The notes under the pieces are model-generated. The model ran no database searches. It was not told the origin of the DNA and worked only from the letters and a program-made list of their open reading frames with translations. A stretch of 63,705 nt of DNA, the filler included, from Collodictyon triciliatum (Eukaryota), in the NCBI GenBank assembly GCA_043381765.1. It is 4 parts of 4 records of this genome, joined end to end, with 100 filler letters (N's around TTAATTAATTAA, not from the genome) between each part and the next. Parts side by side here need not be neighbours in the genome. Positions count along the whole stretch, not along the records: positions 54,612 to 63,705 come from JBHJMP010001152.1; 3 more parts are not named here. One strand, given 5' to 3'. Of the stretch, positions 56,652 through 63,705 are shown piece after piece (position 1 is the first letter of the stretch; every line of letters starts with the position of its first letter). A program made the position numbers and the translations under genes.

Positions 56652-59600
56652 TTAATTCTCATGAGTGACGTGTGGATACCGGTTCTTTGTTGCCTCTTTT
56701 TTTTTTATATCGGGGAGCTTTGGTGGGGTGTTATTGGTAGGAGGTCTCCTTGTGTCTCTTTGTAGGGTATTGGTGCTGCCAGGGCCTGAGCGCGTAATGT
56801 CAGGAAGATTTGTACTCGTGTCGCTAGAGCGGGAGGGTGATTCAGTACTCGTATTTTGGGGTGTTTGCAAAAGTGACGGAAGAGCAGAGGCTGACGGTTT
56901 TGATTGAACAACCGCAACAAATGAATCCGCTCGGATTTTGTCATGAATAACATTAAGTGCCTTTTCTATATCAAATATGCCAGCGTGATATCTTTCCTCG
57001 CACCAACATTCCTTAACGTTTAATAGTGTTTCTCCATACAGTCTCAATGCGACAATTTTTTCAAGTAGAGAAATATAGTCAGCATCTCCCTTTTTTTTTA
57101 TAAAGGTATGTAATTGATGTAATGTCAATTCAGATGCCTTAGATTTATCTCTTTGCGCAAAAACACCTTCCAAACTTTGTTCCGATAATGCTGCCAGTTT
57201 AAGGGACTCATCTTGGCTAATGTAGTAGTAATCTTTCATTCTTGCTGGGTTCATTCTATCAGCTACCCCTGTGTATTTTTCCCAACTTTCTCCCGCAATA
57301 ATCTCACTTAGTTTAGTACATCCACTTTCAAATAAAAACTCCACAAACTCTCCACGGTACATCGATGTAAGTTTGGTGAATCTCATCGGAAGTAGCCCAA
57401 GAATTTGATGCTCGGGTATTTTATATTCACTATCCTTATAAAACGTAAGATACCTCAACACTAATGACAAATCTGGTCGAAATTTGTAGTTCTGTCTCCA
57501 GCAAACTTTCAATAGCCTTTTCAATTCCTCTGGTACTTGCGAGGGGACCTCGGGTCTCAACCCGTTGCTGCTGGGTGACTCCCCAAGAAATCCTGGGAAA
57601 GGCTCAGTACCAGAAAACATGTACCACAACAGTAAGCCAAAGGCGTACACGTTACTGGGCTCTCCCCGGTGACCCTGATTAACACCTTCTTCTCCATAGA
57701 CACTCACATCTTCATAATAAGGCTCACTAACTACATCGTGTATTTCTGGCGCTTGCCAGTTCTTCGTACCGTTACGATTTAATTCCCCAAACCGTGTAGG
57801 TAGGTTAGAGCCGACCTTTTCAGCCCCACGATAACTTACCAGACCGAAATCGACAATTTTTGCCACATCCCCAACAACCATAATATTGTCAGACTTTAAA
57901 TCCTCATGATAAATACTTTTTGAATGCATAAATAGTAGACCCTGGCATATTTGAACAGAGTATTGAACAATTGTTGGTACTGAAAGCTTCCTTTCCTTTA
58001 CCCCCTCCATTAACCTCTTCAGAGAAACACCAGCATTTTCCATTATCATGTAAAAATCATTTTCGATCCGGCTTACGCAAAAAAGTTTCACAATATTTCT
58101 ACATTCTGCGCACTCATACAGGAGCTTGCTCTCTGAAATCATCGATAATATAACTTCTTCGATGGAAAAATTACCAGTCTGTTGAATGGTCTGAATTTTC
58201 ACAACAACATCTGTCCCTTGATAATATGTCCTATACACCCTTCCGAATGCTCCTTTGGCAACATATTCGACAAGCTCTATGCGATCATCCGTCCAAATAT
58301 GCCTCAACTCCATATCAATAGACTGAAGACATAGAGAGGTATGTGTCTTTTTCTTTATGTGATTTTGACGCACAATATTCTGGTTCGTTTTTGGAATGCC
58401 TGTTTAATATCAAATTGAATACATTAGCAAAGCTACACGAAAAATAGATTGATGGGAGACAAAGAAAAAATAATATAAAAAATAATTACCTGCTTCTAAA
58501 AAAATTTGTCCCTGCTTTACTTTTACAAAATCCAACGTGTGATGTCTGGTGCACAGAGCCGGTTCAGGTTGAGATTGCAAACTTGACAAAGATAGCACCC
58601 CATCCATTTTTTTTCTGCGACACTCATAACATGTTGATTGATATGAACGAATAAGATTTGGCCGAATAGACATGATAATTCTGTTGAAATAGCACAATAT
58701 ATCCCAGAGGTCAATTGATTTTTCAGCCCCCGAAGCACTTGATCGAATAGAAATGCTGATGATATTGAAATGTGTATGTATTAGTATTTTTAAATCATCA
58801 CCTGGAATCATTCTCAGCACGTTACTCGATTCATTTCTCTCTACAGTTAGGTGAATTTTAGCGACATTTGTAAAAAAACTGTTCTCGTACTGAACTCCTA
58901 AAGGTGCGCCCATTGTGAGATGAAGAGCTTGAACAATTATAGCACTCTTGTCAGATACCGTCAATTCTTTTTCTGTAATCATGTCAATTGAGAGTTCAGA
59001 TATGCAGTTCGACTCTGCCTTTTCATTCCATATGGCCTTCAAATTTTGACACTCTTCCATCAAGGAAGGGAATGCAATGCATTCTTGGTTAAAGTAAATA
59101 CCAAGTCCAAAATGTTCAAATATTATTAGTATAACCTTGAATATATTTTCTTCAATGGTAAACCCCAGTTCTGCATTTATCTTTTGTTTGAGCTTAGACA
59201 CCAATATCACTCCTGTCGAATCTCTTCCAACACCTCTGAAACTGAAAACGCACTTGAATATATTAATTAAAAATAGTGGGTCTAAAAAGACAGTTGACCT
59301 CATGGACTCCACGGATGAATACCAAATGATGGAGCCTAGGTCATGCAAAAACTTCAAGGCACTTTTGCACTGACTTTCATCCATTCGAAGTGATTTCACG
59401 GCAAAGTCAATAATGCTGGTAAGACTGTCGTACTTGCTTGTTTTCCCTTTGTAGTCTATATATTCTTTCAAACGGACATACTGCCTGGGGACATCTTTGT
59501 TTATATTTTCCAACTGCATCATTCCTTGAAAAATAGCCTCTTTTAAATCGGATATACCTTTTCCTGTCTTATTGCTGATTCGCAGTTTTGAATCAATAAA

Positions 59601-62600
59601 TTTGTGAAATTTATTTGACTTTGTAATTTTTTCGATTTCTCTTTTCATCTCCTCACTACATTTTGTAATTATGCTATCGAGATGAGTTCCAACGATAATT
59701 ATCCTTGAACCGGGGGAGAAGTCATCCAACATTTTAATCCACCGACGAATGTTGTTTTTTTCTTTATCATAATCAAGTCGATACAATATTAAAACGAGAG
59801 CTCCTGCGGACAAGAAGAAAGGATGCGTCACCTGAAATTCATCTTGTCCACCAAAATCCCATATTTTGATGGATATACATTCTCCTGACTCTGCCAAAGA
59901 GAAGTCATTTATGTCAACATGAGCTATTCCATCAGTTTTTTCTCTTTTCTCTTCAACAGTACTCTTAAAGAACGAAGTTTTTTGCATAATTGACTTTGTC
60001 AGTGTGGTTTTTCCTGCTTCACCTTCACCGAGTAATAATATTCGTCCCTGAGTCCATTTAACGAATCCATTTATGGAGCTAAGAAGGAAATCAAATACAG
60101 CCTCTGGCCCTTGCTTAACCACAGCCTGAGGGACGTTTTTTATTGGATTTCCGTGAATAAAAAGTCCACTTCTCAGCCCCTTAATCGAACCGATAATGAT
60201 TGGGATGCTGGTAATCTTTGTTAAAAAAATCCATTATGAAAACATGTTCAAAAATAATGAGAAATCATAGCTTTAATATAGTTCATTTTTACGTTGTTGT
60301 TGGATAGATTTAGCAATCTAAGATTTCGAAGGTCAGCAATTATTTCGGGTACTTCAGATATCTACTCATTAAAAAAAAAATACTTTCAGTAAAATTCTAC
60401 TTTAGAAATTCAAAAAAATAAAAGAGTTTTTCTCGCGCATTAAATAGACCTGGTTGTTGGAAACATCCAATTCTTCGATCCATGTCATGTTAAAAATTGG
60501 AGTGTATATGTTTTTTATCTGGAGATGAAAATCAATAAGAATGATGAGGTTGATAACAATAGTATGAATGAGGAGAATGAGATTAATTTTGGGTTTATAA
60601 AGGAGTTTAATGGAATTTGGAAATTGAGGATACAATACAATTGTAGATAATGATTTCAAAACAGGAACTAAGAAATGTTGAATATTAGATAGAACAGTAA
60701 TATTTCAATATCCCACATTTGTAGATTCCATAATCAAACTTTTGAGGTGAACTAGTTCTGTGAGAATGCATGGGAAATTGGATATCTGTTAAACTTTTTG
60801 TTAAGCAATGTTGATTTGTCCCGAGAAAATCTCAAATAGAGTTTAATGCTAAAAAAAATAAGAGTATAAAAATACTGGATTGTTTGAAATATTTAAGGAA
60901 TTAATCCATCTCATCTGAGAAAACCATGTTGGGAAATCTGTAATCTGCATATTTTTTTTATCGTTAGGCAGTATGGTTTTTGCACGATTTTTTTGAATCA
61001 ATTTAAATATATAGTTACGAAATATTTCTTTCTTATGTAAGATTTTTATAATCTAATAATAAAACTCTGGTTGATTTTATTATCATTATAAATATTCTAA
61101 TTCTTATTACTATTACTAATATTATTGTAAAGTGGAGATACCATATTATTTGATATATCTATTCTCCAAGGGCTTTCAGGCAGTAGAGATATCTCTGCTG
61201 GTATTTCTTGAATATCCATACCTTTGCATCTTATTTCATTGTTTAAATAATCAACTGAATCATATATCTTTTGTTGCGAAGGAGATAGATTATTGTGATG
61301 AATATCGAATTTCTTGAGTTTCTTTGCTTCTCTCAGACTGGGAATCCTTGATAACTTCAAAAAGAAAATCATCGACTTAGTTTAAATCGATATTAATAAT
61401 GAATAACATTCTAAAAATGGAATTTTATAGATTTCTTGATGTATTTTATAAGAATATACTGATTTTTTAAAGAAAACCTTGTTATTGTACATTTCGATAA
61501 TTTCGATGTTATTTAGATGAAGGATAAAATCCGGAAACTCTGATATCTGAAATATATAAAACATAAATAGAATATATCAAATGAAAGGAAAAAGACGATC
61601 TAGTTTATTTCATATGAGAAATATGAACATACATGACATTCATTGGCAGCGATGAATTTCAAGTTTGTCAAATGTGAGAATGAATCAGGGATTGATGATA
61701 TCTATTTGAGATAAAAGACTCTGATAATATTTCTTAATTACATCCTTTTCTTAAAAATGAAATTATTATTTTATGATTTATTACATTTAGAAATGATATG
61801 TTAATCGATTCTAGTTGTCTTAGGAGGCTTATCCAATGTGGGAGTCCCTGAATCTATCAACAATGTGAAATTGAGATGAATTGTGTAATTAAAGCTTTTT
61901 TTATTCTTCCTTTCAACTTTTGTGCAGGACCGATGTAATTAAAGCTTTTAATTTACTCGGGCCACTCACTGGACATGATCTCAAGTGAAGAACTCTTAGC
62001 CTGGTCATTTTCTTCATTTTGTCAGGTAAGGCTGATATCTAGAAGACGACAAATAATATATAAAAACGTGATGAAACGCCGGCAGCACTTGTTTTAAGTT
62101 ATAATACCTTATTCCCAGAAAAATTGATTGCTTGTAAAGTCGAAAGCCCGTGAAACCAATCAGGAATGACAGATATCTGATATATAATTCTTTAGATGTT
62201 TTTATTACTTTTATTTATGGACATATATATATATATATATATTCCTATGAATAAAATGTAAATCATGCTTGGCAAGAATCCAAATCCAGTGATTTTAGTT
62301 TGATTAAGCTCTTGATTTTCTCAGGAATGGTTGAAATCTATGTAATAGGATATTAATATCACTTCTTTTTTTTAAAACAATTTGATAGATAGTAATTTAA
62401 ATTACCGGATTTTTCTTAAGTACAAGACTTTCTGTCGATTTCATTTCGAATAGCCAATCCGGTAAGGTGTTGATCTAAATGAAGAGTAAAAGTTGGAAAA
62501 AGGCTGATACGAAGAAATTATGAATTGGAAGGTAGAATTTACTCTGTTCGAAGAAAAGTCGATTAACTTCGGGTTCATTGGCAGCAGTGAAAGCTCTGGA

Positions 62601-63659
62601 GGTAGAACTTGGATGGACTTTCCAGAGAAAATAAGTTGTGAACTGCTCAAGCTGGTCGAATCCAAAAAATCTTGTATTATTCCAGGAAATTGGTTGCGCT
62701 GAAGTGTCAGCATTTTTAAGCTTGTCATGTCCCTCATGTTGGGAATGGAAGTGATCTGCCAGAAATAAATGTTCGAGACAACTATCAATCTTACTGAGAT
62801 AAAAAAAATCATTTGTTTCGTATGTGCAATTAATATACAGACCATATTGTCCGAGAAGTCCATGTGCTCTAGACTCATCAATTGACTGATCCATTCAGGT
62901 ACAAAGCTTAACTACAGAAAAAAAGTTTTTCTATCGATTTAAATATTCTTTTTTTAAAAAAATTCTTATAAATTATTCAAGATGGTGAAGATAAATTTTA
63001 ACATTTTTTTCTATTGTTGAATAAAAAGAAGAAATTATGTAAAAAAAAAAAGAACGTATTAGAAACATAAATAATGAGAAAATAAATAAATTTTGAAAAG
63101 GAATAAATCAAAATCAAAATTGGAATTAAAAGTTAAAGAGACAAGAAATAAATGGCCTCAGTTCGATGAAAATAATTTACATTACAATGGCTGACATTCA
63201 ACGACTTTAGCATCGTTAACTCGGACATTTTTTCTGGCAACTCACGTATCTATTATACTATTATTAGGACTCGGTGTAATTCCATATTTAACAATATTTA
63301 TACCATATTTTTGGATAGGTTGATTGATTCCAAGGCTTGCAAATCACAAAACCATCCCGGAATTTCTGAAATCTAAAGGAGAGGTGTATAAATTTTCTTT
63401 TTTAAAAAATTATAAAGCTCAAATAACGGTATACTGTATCATTCACCTCATTCAACGACAAATCAAGCTTCCATGGTCTATTTGGTAAAAAGCCTATTTC
63501 TTCGGGTATGGTTGTAGTTTTTAGCCCAGAATAATTTATCTCGTTGGTTTTTAAGTCGAAGGATTCCATAAGCCTCTGTATGTCCACTGAAAAATTGTTT
63601 TGTCCCAAATTGAGAAAAGTAAGATTCGTCATAACTCTCATGTTTGCAATTGTGCTGAG
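56652..63659 (-). CDS. ROCO protein: LRR array, Roc GTPase, COR, protein kinase, SAM-like tail; 5' end beyond the window
   Basis: 17 phase-0 LRR exons; exon 60215-58490 with GEGEAGKTT, TDGI, WDFGGQ, VGTHLD, ISNKTG and COR; exon 58399-56652 with KGAFGRVY, VVVK, HEDLKSDN, DFG and WQAPE. Confidence 0.93.
61896..61933 (-). mobile_element. Ultra-short retroposed insert with a 12-16 bp TSD in a ROCO intron
   Basis: Same core motif, flanked by TGTAATTAAAGC(TTTT) starting at 61884 and 61934. Confidence 0.75.
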
Positions 63660-63705
63660 CTAATTAAAGATAATGTAAATCAATCAATCAATCAATCAAT
63701 CAATC

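Overview
Intron-rich eukaryotic nuclear DNA using the standard genetic code, with mostly GT-AG introns and many intronic microsatellites. The window is four scaffolds joined by an artificial 100-nt spacer (44 N, TTAATTAATTAA, 44 N) at 22719-22818, 43212-43311 and 54512-54611, so gene neighbourhood across these joins carries no information. The eEF2 sequence looks red-alga-like and a plant-type A_thal_3526 domain is present, alongside PAK, ROCO and a minor-class intron. This suggests an intron-rich, possibly phagotrophic archaeplastid relative such as Rhodelphis (inference only). Genes reconstructed by hand: CSN3 (partial), an A_thal_3526/low-complexity protein, two kinase 3' fragments, prefoldin 1, MOB1, eEF2, NEK (partial), SWI3/SMARCC (partial), PAK/Ste20, an Erf4-like protein, GPN2, a PIN-like/DEAH helicase fusion, TBC1D5 (partial) and an LRR-Roc-COR-kinase. 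Decayed L1-like and Ty3/Gypsy elements are also present. Main highlights: (1) a ROCO gene whose LRR array is built from strictly modular phase-0 exons of 69 or 213 nt, with a non-RD kinase; (2) a clean U12-type AT-AC intron in GPN2; (3) a degenerate FAM120/Asteroid-like PIN domain fused to a DEAH helicase; (4) an obligatory 7-nt microexon in prefoldin 1; (5) ~35-40 bp retroposed inserts with target-site duplications; (6) an abrupt switch from G-ending to C-ending codons inside long GC-rich exons.
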